DNA from: Malacoraja senta
Taxonomy: Eukaryota
Direction of reading: 5' to 3'
Length of the DNA stretch: 64,000 nt
NCBI GenBank assembly: GCA_038087875.1
Contig: JAXLNO010000511.1
Coordinates: forward strand, 62,001-126,000
A program made the translations under genes and the position numbers. This document shows, piece by piece, positions 12,601 to 21,844 of this stretch (positions are counted from its first letter, which is position 1; every line of letters begins with the position of its first letter). The notes under the pieces are model-generated. The model did not search any database. It saw nothing but the letters and a program-made list of their open reading frames with translations, and had not been told where the DNA came from.

Positions 12601-15600
12601 CATCACTTTTCGCATCCTGAAATTTCGTCGCTTTTCGCGTCCTGAATTTACGTCGCTTTTCGTGTGCTGAATTTTCGTCGCTTTATGCGTGCTTCATTTT
12701 CATCACTTTTCGCATACTGAAAGTTCGTCGCATTTAGCATTCTAAATTTTCGTCACTTTTCCCGTGCTTCATTTTCATCGCTTTCGCATCCTGAACGTTT
12801 TTCGGTTTTCACGTGCTGTATTTTCACTTTTCGCATGCTGAATATTTGTCGCTTTTCGCGTGCTGAATTTTTGTCGCTTTTCGCAATCTGAATTTTCATC
12901 GATTTCCTGTGCTTTATTTTCATCGCTTTTCGTGTCCTGAAGGTTTGTCATTTTTTGTGTGCTAAATTTTTGTCACTTTAAGAATGCTGAATTTTCATCG
13001 CCTTTCGCGTGCTTCATTTTCATTGCCTTTCACGTGCTTCATTTTCATCACTTTTCATGTCCTGAAGTTTCGTCGCTTATCATGTCCTGAATTTACTTTG
13101 CTTTTCGTGTGCTGAATTTCCATCGCTTTTCGCGAGCTTCATTTTCATTACTTTTCGCGTGCTTCATTTTCATCACTTTTCGCATACTGAAGGTTCGTCG
13201 CTTTTACCATGCTAAATTTTCGTCGCTTTTCCCGTGCTTCATTTTCATCGCTTTTTGCATCCTGAAGTTGCGTCGTTTTTCGCGTCCTGAATTTACGTCG
13301 CTTTCCATGTGCTGAATTTTCGTCACATTTTGCGTGCTTCATTTTGTCACTTTTCGCATACTGAAGGTTCGTCGCTTTTAGCATGCAAAATTTTCGTTGC
13401 TTTTCCCGTTCTTCATTTTCATCGCTTTCGCATCCTGAAGGTTCGTCGCTTTTCACGTGCTGTATTTTCGTCACTTTTCGCATGCTGAATATTCGTCGCT
13501 TTTCACATGCTGAATTTTCATCGCCTTTTGCGTGCTTCATTTTCTTCACTTTTTGCATCCTGAAGTTTCATCGCTTTTTGCATTCTGAAGTTTTGTCACT
13601 TTTCGCGTCCTGAATTTACGGCGCTTTTCGTGTGCTGAATTTTCGGCGCTTTTCGCGTGCTTCATTTTCATCATTTTTCGCATAGTAAAAGTCCGTCGCT
13701 TTTCGCATCCTGAAGATTCGTTGCATTTCGCCTGCTGAATTTCCCTCACTTTTCGCGTGCTGAATTTTCATCGATTTTTGTGTCCTGAAAGCTCGTCACT
13801 TGTCATGTGCTGAATTTTTATCGCTTTGCGCAGGCTGATTTTTTGTCGAATTTCGTGTGCTGACGTTTCGTCGCTTTTCGCATCATGAATTTACGACGCT
13901 ATTCATGTGCTGAATTATCGTTGCTTTTCGCGTGTTTCATTTTCATCACTTTTCGCATACTGAAGGTTCGTCGCTTTTCGCATGCTGAATTTTCGTCGAT
14001 TTTCGCATGCTGAATTTTCATCACTTTTCGCGTGCTGAATTTTCATCACTTTTCACGTTCTGAAATTTCGTCACTTTTCGCGTGCTGAATTTTCATCACT
14101 TTTCGTGTCCTGAAGGTTGATCAGTTTGGCGTGCTGAATTTTCATCACTTTTCCCAGGCTGTTTTCGTCGCTTTTCACGTGCTGTATTTTTGTCACTTTT
14201 CGCATGCTGAATTTTCGTTGCTTTTCACATGCTGAAGTTTCGTCGCTTTTCGCATGCTGAAGTTTTGTCGCTTTTCGCGACCTGAATTTACGTCGCTTTT
14301 CGTGTGCTGAATTTTCGTCGCTTTTCGCGTGCTTCATTTTCATCACTTTTCGCATACTGGGTTCGTTGCTTTTAGCATGATGAATTTACGTCGATTTTCA
14401 TCGCTTTTCGCATCATGAGGGTTCGTCGCTTTTCACGATGACTTTGTCGATTTTTGCATGCTGAATTTTCGTCGCTTTTCGCATGCTGAATTTTCGTCGC
14501 TGGCTGAATTGTCCTCGCTTTTCATGTGCTGAAATATTGTCGCTTTGCACGTGCTGAGATTTTCGTCACTTTATGTGTCCCGATGTTTTGTTGCTTTTTG
14601 CTTCCTGAATTTACGTTGGTTTTTGTGTGCTGAATTTTTGTAAATTTTCGCATGCTGAATTTTCATCGCTTTTCTCGTTCTGAAATTTCGTCACTTTTCG
14701 CGTGCTGAATTTTCGTCGCTTTTCACGTGCTGAAGGTTCATCATTTTTGACGAGCTGAATTTTCATCGCTTTTCGCTGGTTGAATTTTCGTCGCTTTTCA
14801 TGTGCTGAAATTTTGTCGCTTTGCATGTGCTGAGATTTGCGTCGCTTTATGTGTCCCGATGTTTTGTTGCTTTTCACGTCCTGAATTTACGTTTATTTTT
14901 GTGTGCTGAATTTTCATTGCTTTTTGCATTCAGTATTTTTGTAGATTTTTGCAAGCTAAACTTTCGTCACTTTTCGCGTGCTGAATTTTCGTCGCTTTTC
15001 ACGTTCTGAAATGTCATCACTTTTTGCATGCTGAATTTTCGTCGTTTTTTGCGTGCTGAATTTTTGCGTGCTGAAGATTCGTTGCATTTCGCCTGCTGAA
15101 TTTTCACACTTTTCGCATCCTGAAGATTCGTCGCATTTCACCTGCTGAATTTTCCTCACTTTTCGCGTGCTGAATTTTCGTCAATTTTTGTGTCCTGAGA
15201 GCGCGTCACTTTTCATGTGCTGAATTTTTATCACTTTGCGCGGGCTGATTTTTCGTCGATTTTCGTGTGCTGAAGATTCATCATTTTTGACGTGCTGAAT
15301 TTTCATCGCTTTTCGCTGGCTGAATTTTCGTCGCTTTTCACATTCTGAAATTTCGTCACTTTTCGCATGCTGAATTTTCGTCGCTTTATGTGTCCCGATG
15401 TTTTGTTGCTTTTCACGTCCTGAATTTACGTTTATTTTTGTGTGCTGAATTTTCATTGCTTTTTGCATTCAGTATTTTTGTAGATTTTTGCAAGCTAAAC
15501 TTTCGTCACTTTTCGCGTGCTGAATTTTCGTCGCTTTTCACGTTCTGAAATGTCATCACTTTTTGCATGCTGAATTTTCGTCGTTTTTTGCGTGCTGAAT

Positions 15601-15844
15601 TTTTGCGTGCTGAAGATTCGTTGCATTTCGCCTGCTGAATTTTCCTCACTTTTCGCATCCTGAAGATTCGTCGCTTTTCACGTTCTGAAATTTCGTCACT
15701 TTTCGCATGCTGAATTTTCGGCGCTTTTGGCGTCCTGAATTTTTGTCGCTTTTCGCGTGCTGAATTGTCGTCGCTTTTCCCGTGCTGAATTTTCGTCGCT
15801 TTTCTCTTTCTGAAATTGTCATTACTTTTTGTGTGCTGAATTGT

Positions 15845-16037
15845 AATGGAAAAAGGGGACTGCTCCCCGAGTAATATAGGAGCGATTATTCTCTCTCCAA
15901 TAAATCTGAATAATAAAAATTATAATAAAAATTCAATTATAAATAGCACAATTAGAACTTGTAAACAAATAAAACAGAATCTAAAATTAAGAAACCTATC
16001 TCTCTCAATACCAATAGTTAATAACCCATCGTTTAAA
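15845..16037 (+). pseudogene. L1-clade ORF2 C-terminal fragment (left part, interrupted by CR1)
   Basis: Translates MEKGDC...NSIINSTIRTCKQIKQNL...PIVNNPSFK, resembling the post-RT region of fish-type L1 ORF2. Continues in frame at 20368 once the CR1 and one TSD copy are removed. Confidence 0.85.
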
Positions 16038-16339
16038 TTTGGGAGCAACAGCAGCAGGAGATTAGCAAGAGATACGACTGATTGGCTCTAGCCCGAGTGG
16101 GAGGAGAGAAGTGAGTCAGTGCCGGGAAAACAGTTGAAAACTGAGGAATTTTGTTTGTAAATTGGTAAATCAGGCAATTTATCCGTCAATTTAAGCAAGA
16201 CGGCTCTTAGCGAGCGGCAGTGAGTGAGCGGCCTTGTGAGGGAAGTGTGAGTCTTTGGCTCGAGAGTCTTCGGCGACGAGGCTGAGGAGAGGAGAGGAGA
16301 CCACGCAATACGCTTGAGAGGTAGAGACGAAAGAAGGAG

Positions 16340-17266
16340 TTGTCAGGCAAGCTGATTCAGTGCGATGCTTGCAGTATGTGGGAGGTCAAGGACACCGCTG
16401 GTGCCTCTGGCTGCTACAAATGCGAGAAGTGCATCCAGGTAGAGCTCCTGAAGGGCCGTGTTGGGGAACTGGAGAAGCAAATGGATGACCTCCGGTTCGT
16501 CCGAGAAACGGAGTCGTTGCTCGACAAGTCCTACAGTACGATTGTTACACCTAAGGTACTGGAAGAGAGAAGGTGGGAGACGGTGAGAAAGGGAGGGAAA
16601 CATGGAATGCCAACGTCCCCGGGTGTGGTACCTCTTGTGAACAAGTTCACCCACTTAGAAGCTGTTGGGACAGAAGACGTGTTTACACTGAGCGGCGGAC
16701 TGGCTTGCGATGCGGATAGGGCTGTTGAGCCAAAACCAAAAAGGCCTAAGGCAGGCAACGCCATTGTAGTGGGAGACTCGATTGTGAGAGGTACGGACAG
16801 GGGTTTCTGTGGCAACAGACGGGATGCGAGGATGGTGTGCTGCCTTCCTGGTGCCAGGATCCAGGATGTCACGGACAGAGTGCAGAAAATCCTCGAGGGC
16901 GAAGGTGAACATCCGGAAGTGGTAGTGCATGTCGGCACAAACGATGTCGGAAAGAAGGGGATGAATATTCTGCAGCGTGACTTTAGAGAGCTCGGAAAAA
17001 TGCTGAAAAGCAGGACCTCCAGGGTTGTTATCTCCGGTTTGCTTCCAGTTCCTCGTGCTGGCGAGAGCAGGAACAGGGAGATACGGGACCTGAACGTGTG
17101 GCTCAGGAACTGGTGCACGGGGCAGGGATTTAGATTCTTAGATCACTTGGATCTGTTTTGGGGTAAGGGGGAACTGTACAAAAGGGACGCATTGCATCTT
17201 AACAGGTGTGGGACCAGCATTCTGGCAGGCAGGTTTGCCACTGCTACATGGGTGGTTTTAAACTGA
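16340..17266 (+). CDS. CR1 ORF1 protein (zinc finger, leucine zipper, SGNH/GDSL esterase domain); begins with TTG
   Basis: CDAC...CEKC zinc finger, heptad leucines, and SGNH blocks GDS, GARI, GTND and DALH. This matches the esterase-type ORF1 known from vertebrate CR1/L2 LINEs. Uninterrupted 308 codons. Confidence 0.9.
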   Translation: MSGKLIQCDACSMWEVKDTAGASGCYKCEKCIQVELLKGRVGELEKQMDDLRFVRETESLLDKSYSTIVTPKVLEERRWETVRKGGKHGMPTSPGVVPLVNKFTHLEAVGTEDVFTLSGGLACDADRAVEPKPKRPKAGNAIVVGDSIVRGTDRGFCGNRRDARMVCCLPGARIQDVTDRVQKILEGEGEHPEVVVHVGTNDVGKKGMNILQRDFRELGKMLKSRTSRVVISGLLPVPRAGESRNREIRDLNVWLRNWCTGQGFRFLDHLDLFWGKGELYKRDALHLNRCGTSILAGRFATATWVVLN

Positions 17267-20200
17267 ATAAGGGGGGTGGGGTGTCGAATGGGATAGTGGA
17301 GGATGGAGTTAAAGGGAAAGGGTTTCTTAAATGTGTGAGCGTAGAGACAGAGGAGTGTAAAATGAGGGTAGAAGCAATATGTAGCAAGGTGAAAAGTAAA
17401 AGTGGAAGACAGACAAAACCAGGGCAAAAATCAAAAAGGGCCACTTTTCAACATAATTGTATAAGGGGTAAGAGTGTTGTAAAAACAAGCCTGAAGGGTT
17501 TGTGTCTCAATGCAAGGAGCATTCGTAATAAGGTGGATGAGTTGAATGTGCAGATAGCTATTAATGACTATGATATTGTTGGGATCACGGAGACATGGCT
17601 CCAGGGTGACCAAGGCTGGGAGCTGAACATCCAGGGATATTCAATATTCAGGAGGGATAGAGAGAAAGGAAAAGGAGGTGGGGTAGCGTTGCTGGTTAGA
17701 GAGGACATTAACGCAATGGAAAGGAAGGACATTAGGTTCGAGGATGTGGAATCGGTATGGGTAGAGCTGCGAAACACTAAGGGGCAGAAAACGCTGGTGG
17801 GTGTTGTGTACAGGCCACCTAACAGTAGTAGTGAAGTTGGAGATGGTATCAAACAGGAAATTAGAAATGCGTGCGACAAAGGCAAAACAGTTATAATGGG
17901 TGACTTCAATCTACATATAGATTGGGTGAATCAAATTGGCAGGGGTGCTGAGGAAGAGGATTTCTTGGAATGTATGCGGGATAGTTATCTAAATCAACAT
18001 GTAGAGGAACCAACGAGAGAGCAGGCTATTTTAGACTGGGTATTGAGTAATGAGGAAGGGTTAGTTAGCAGTCTTGTTGTACGTGCCCCCTTGGGCAAGA
18101 GTGACCATAATATGGTTGAGTTCTTCATTAGGATGGAGAGTGACATTGTGAATTCAGAAACAATGGTTCTGAACTTAAAGAAAGGTAACTTTGAGGGTAT
18201 GAGACGTGAATTGGCCAAGATTGACTGGCAATTAATTCTAAAAGGGTTGACGGTGGACATGCAATGGAAGACATTTAAAGACTGCATGGATGAACTACAA
18301 AAATTATTCATCCCAGTTTGGCAAAAGAATAAATCGGGGAAGGTAGTGCATCCGTGGATAACAAGGGAAATCAGGGATGGTATCAAAGCGAAGGATGATG
18401 CGTACAAATTAGCCAGAAAAAGCAGCATACCGGAGGACTGGGAGAAATTCAGAGACCAGCAGAGGAGGACAAAGGGCGTAATTAGGAAAGGAAAAATAGA
18501 TTATGAAAGAAAACTGGCAGGGAACATAAAAACTGACTGCAAAAGTTTGTATAGATATGTAAAAAGAAAGAGATTAGTTAAAACAAATGTAGGTCCCTTG
18601 CAGTCAGAAACAGGTGAGTTGATCATGGGGAACAAGGATATGGCGGACCAATTGAATAACTACTTTGGTTCCGTCTTCACTAAGGAAGACATAAATAATC
18701 TGCCGGAAATAGCAGGGGACCGCGGGTCAAAGGAGTTGGAGGAATTGAGTGAAATCCAGGTTAGTCGGGAAGTGGTTTTGGGTAAATTGAATGGATTAAA
18801 GGCCGATAAATCCCCAGGGCCAGATAGGCTGCATCCCAGAGTACTTAAGGAAGTAGCTCCAGAAATAGTGGATGCATTAGTAATAATCTTTCAAAACTCT
18901 TTAGATTCTGGAGTAGTTCCTGAGGATTGGCGGGTAGCAAACGTAACCCCACTTTTTAAGAAGGGAGGGAGAGAGAAAACGGGGAATTACAGACAAGTTA
19001 GTCTAACATCGGTAGTGGGGAAACTGCTAGAGTCAGTTATTAAAGATGGGATAGCAGCACATTTGGAAAGTGGTGAAATCATTGGACAAAGTCAGCATGG
19101 ATTTACGAAAGGTAAATCATGTCTGACGAATCTTATAGAATTTTTCGAGGATGTAACTAGTAGCGTGGATAGGGGAGAACCAGTGGATGTGGTGTATCTG
19201 GACGTCCAGAAGGCTTTCGACAAGGTCCCACATAAGAGATTAGTATACAAACTTAAAGCACATGGCATTGGGGGTTCAGTATTGATGTGGAGAGAGAACT
19301 GGCTGGCAAACAGGAAGCAAAGAGTAGGAGTAAACGGGTCCTTTTCACAATGGCAGGCAGTGACTAGTGGGGTACCGCAAGGCTCAGTGCTGGGACCCCA
19401 GCTATTTACAATATATATTAATGACCTGGATGAGGGAATTGAAGGCAATATCTCCAAGTTTGCGGATGACACTAAGCTGGGGGCAGTGTTAGCTGTGAGG
19501 AGGATGCTAGGAGACTGCAAGGTGACTTGGATAGGCTGGGTGAGTGGGAAAATGTTTGGCAGATGCAGTATAATGTGGATAAATGTGAGGTTATCCATTT
19601 TGGTGGCAAAAACAGGAAAGCAGACTATTATCTAAATGGTGGCCGACTAGGAAAAGGGGAGATGCAGCGAGACCTGGGTGTCATGGTACACCAGTCATTG
19701 AAAGTAGGCATGCAGGTGCAGCAGGCAGTGAAGAAAGCGAATGGTATGTTAGCTTTCATAGCAAAAGGCTTTGAGTATAGGAGCAGGGAGGTTCTACTGC
19801 AGTTGTACAGGGTCTTGGTGAGACCACACCTGGAGTATTGCGTACAGTTTTGGTCTCCAAATCTGAGGAAGGACATTATTGCCATAGAGGGAGTGCAGAG
19901 AAGGTTCACCAGACTGATTCCTGGGATGTCAGGACTGTCTTATGAAGAAAGACTGGATAGACTTGGTTTATACTCTCTAGAAATTAGGAGATTGAGAGGG
20001 GATCTTATAGAAACTTACAAAATTCTTAAGGGGTTGGACAGGCTAGATGCAGGAAGATTGCTCCCGATGTTGGGGAAGTCCAGGACAAGGGGTCACAGCT
20101 TAAGGATAAATGGGAAATCCTTTAAAACCGAGATGAGAAGAACTTTGTTCACACAGAGAGTGGTGAATCTCTGGAACTCTCTGCCACAGAGGGTAGTCGA

Positions 20201-20297
20201 GGCCAGTTCATTGGCTATATTTAAGAGGGAGTTAGATGTGGCCCTTGTGGCTAAAGGGATCAGAGGGTATGGAGAGAAGGCAGGTACGGGATACTGA
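17206..20297 (+). pseudogene. CR1 ORF2 (APE endonuclease + reverse transcriptase), frameshifted at 19479-19483
   Basis: APE motifs LNARS, ITETW, MGDFN and SDH. RT motifs [26 protein letters not shown] and FADD. C-terminal RPHLEYC, LRGDLIE and RTRGH lie in the next frame (19527-20297). One G is missing in a G run. First in-frame ATG is at 17362. Confidence 0.93.
17257..17322 (+). promoter_or_regulatory. Candidate -1 programmed ribosomal frameshift signal (T_TTA_AAC, 7-nt spacer, G-tract cluster)
   Basis: The heptamer is in X_XXY_YYZ phase with ORF1, directly before its TGA. ORF2 is open in the -1 frame. G6-T-G4...G3...G3-AAA-G3 follows. Confidence 0.55.
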
Positions 20298-20360
20298 GTT
20301 GGATGATCAGCCATGATCATATTGAATGGCGGTGCAGGCTCGAAGGTCCGAATGGCCAAG

Positions 20361-20859
20361 GTTTAAACCTTCAACCATAGAGAAATCATTTATACAATGG
20401 GAAAGAATGGGAATCAAAACGCTCGAAGATCTGTATGAATTGGGAAAATTACTATCATTTCAACAACTACAACTGAAATATAATTTGAAAAATAACCAAT
20501 ATTTTAAATATCTACAAATTCGTGATTACCTGAAAAAATACACAAAAGACTATCATAATATGCCTTCCGACTTACTAGATGAAGCAATGAAGACAAAGGC
20601 GGAATCAGCTAATCTAATATCGTACTTATACAATATCATTTTAAACATAGAAATACCCACAACAGATGGAATTAGAAGAGACTGGGAACAAGAATTAGCT
20701 ATAAAAATTTCAAAAGAGAGCGGGGATAACCATTTACTACAGGTGCATAAATGTTCGATCAACGTACGACATACGCTCATCCAATTCAAAACATTACATA
20801 GACTATATTATTCAAAAACTAAATTAAATAAAATCTTTCCTAATGTTTCACCAATCTGC
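20361..20859 (+). pseudogene. L1-clade ORF2 C-terminal fragment (right part), truncated at the start of the CCHC knuckle
   Basis: FKPSTIEKSFIQWERMGI...LLSFQQLQLKYNL...YFKYLQIRDYL...WEQEL...IQFKTLHRLYYSKTKLNKIFPNVSPIC, typical fish-type L1 ORF2 C-terminal motifs. Confidence 0.9.
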
Positions 20860-21651
20860 AGTATCTCGAAATTTCACTATAATATGTCGTGGATAAGCTT
20901 TTCCCGCATCAAATCTTTTTCCAAATCTTGGGACACGATGAGCCACTTCGATTTTCGGTTCCTTGGGAAGATTCAACAGTTGTTTCAACAAGCCCATGGC
21001 AAATTCACGTACCTGTTCCCCTTCTGCCCCCTCTGAAACACCAAGAATTCTCAAATTCTGGCGTCTAGAACGAGCTTCCAGGTCCAGGCATTTGAATGAG
21101 ACTTTCTCTAATTGAGTCCCCATTTGTAGTGATGCTTGTTCGTTTTCTCGCCTCATTTGCTCATGTTCTTGCCTCAATTTCGCCATGTCTTCAACCAGTC
21201 GAGCCGTATTTTTCTCCAATTCCGTAATTGTCTGCATACTTGCAGCTACTGTTTCAAGTACAGCCGTGAACTTATCCGTAGTAATTACATCCATCTTATC
21301 CATTTTCTCTGATAGTCCATCTTTCACCTCATCAATTCGTTTATTCATAATGTCCAGTAAATCCGTCATATTCTTCTGGTTACCAGCATTTAAATCCTTC
21401 ATCATCTTCTCCATTCCTTCCATCATTTTTACCGAATTTTCCTTCATTTCCTTCTTATCTTCCACCCTATTACCCGAGATCTCATCTTTCAAATTTTTCA
21501 TTGATTTCTTCAAGTCATCAAAGTCTTTCTTAGATCTTGTATCCATTTCTGCAGCCACTTCAGAGACTTCAGAGGTAACTTCTGTTTCGAACTTTTTCAA
21601 CAGCTTATTCACAGCTCTCTGAGGGCTCACAGCTGGAGTCAATTTACTCAT
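20848..21651 (-). pseudogene. L1-clade ORF1p (coiled coil + RRM, Transposase_22-like), 3'-truncated
   Basis: A long heptad region is followed by LEARSRRQNLRILGVSEG, IEVAHRV and PRHIIVKF. The C-terminal domain is missing and the stop codon comes from the adjoining inverted ORF2 fragment. Confidence 0.9.
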
Positions 21652-21844
21652 TTAAAGGGCTTCAAACCACCGTTTAAAACATCGCGTTTAACGATGACGT
21701 CATCAGCGCGGTAACCAGAAGCTCCGGTAAGGTTTTTAAAAACAATCCCGATTTTCGGACCCGTTTTACACGATAAATCGTGAAGTTTTTCGGGAGAGGA
21801 GCTGGGTGCACGTCTGTTAGTCTAACATGACGCCACCGGAAGTC
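21652..21844 (-). promoter_or_regulatory. L1 5'UTR / putative internal promoter with apparently intact 5' end
   Basis: The minus strand begins GACTTCCGGTGGCG (ETS core CCGGAAGT at 21836-21843), resembling fish L1 5' termini. CpG-rich, with a perfect palindrome GATGACGTCATC (CRE) at 21693-21704. Confidence 0.65.

Larger units (their letters stand above)
124..15844 (+). repeat. 25-bp tandem satellite array, block 1 (consensus GCTGAATTTTCGTCGCTTTTCGCGT)
   Basis: Continuous 25-bp periodicity, all monomers in one orientation (T-rich + strand). Spurious ORFs repeat every 25 aa (3 x 25 bp). Recurrent monomer variants include cctgaaggtt, gcttcatttt, cctgaattta and gctgtatttt. Confidence 0.97.
16038..20360 (+). 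mobile_element. CR1-clade LINE, near full length (~4.3 kb), shark/ray-type 3' end
   Basis: ~300-bp 5'UTR, esterase ORF1, APE-RT ORF2, and a short 3'UTR GATCAGCCATGATCATATTGAATGGCGGTGCAGGCTCGAAGGTCCGAATGGCC. Flanked by GTTTAAA at 16031-16037 and 20361-20367. Confidence 0.95.
15845..21844. mobile_element. Composite retroelement insertion in the satellite: rearranged L1-clade LINE carrying a nested CR1
   Basis: Satellite stops at ...gctgaattgt (15844) and resumes at about 21845. Between them lie an L1 ORF2 fragment, the CR1, a second L1 ORF2 fragment, and inverted L1 ORF1 plus 5'UTR. Confidence 0.92.

Noticed and set aside
15846..16091. 81-aa ORF (also 59696-59941) as a small gene
   Set aside because: It is an L1 ORF2 fragment reading into the CR1 5'UTR, and its ATG is an internal Met.
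16340..17266. Esterase as a captured host or bacterial gene
   Set aside because: SGNH esterase ORF1 is an established feature of CR1/L2-group LINEs.
20326..21036. 236-aa ORF as a real gene
   Set aside because: It is a chimera of CR1 3'UTR, the L1 ORF2 fragment and antisense L1 ORF1.
16343..21622. Antisense ORFs over the CR1 and L1 coding regions (e.g. 16531-17118, 19092-19598, 21185-21622)
   Set aside because: Shadow ORFs opposite real coding frames, with no recognisable motifs.
15845..21844. Classic L1 twin-priming 5' inversion
   Set aside because: The orientation is convergent rather than divergent, and there is no poly(A) tail or TSD.
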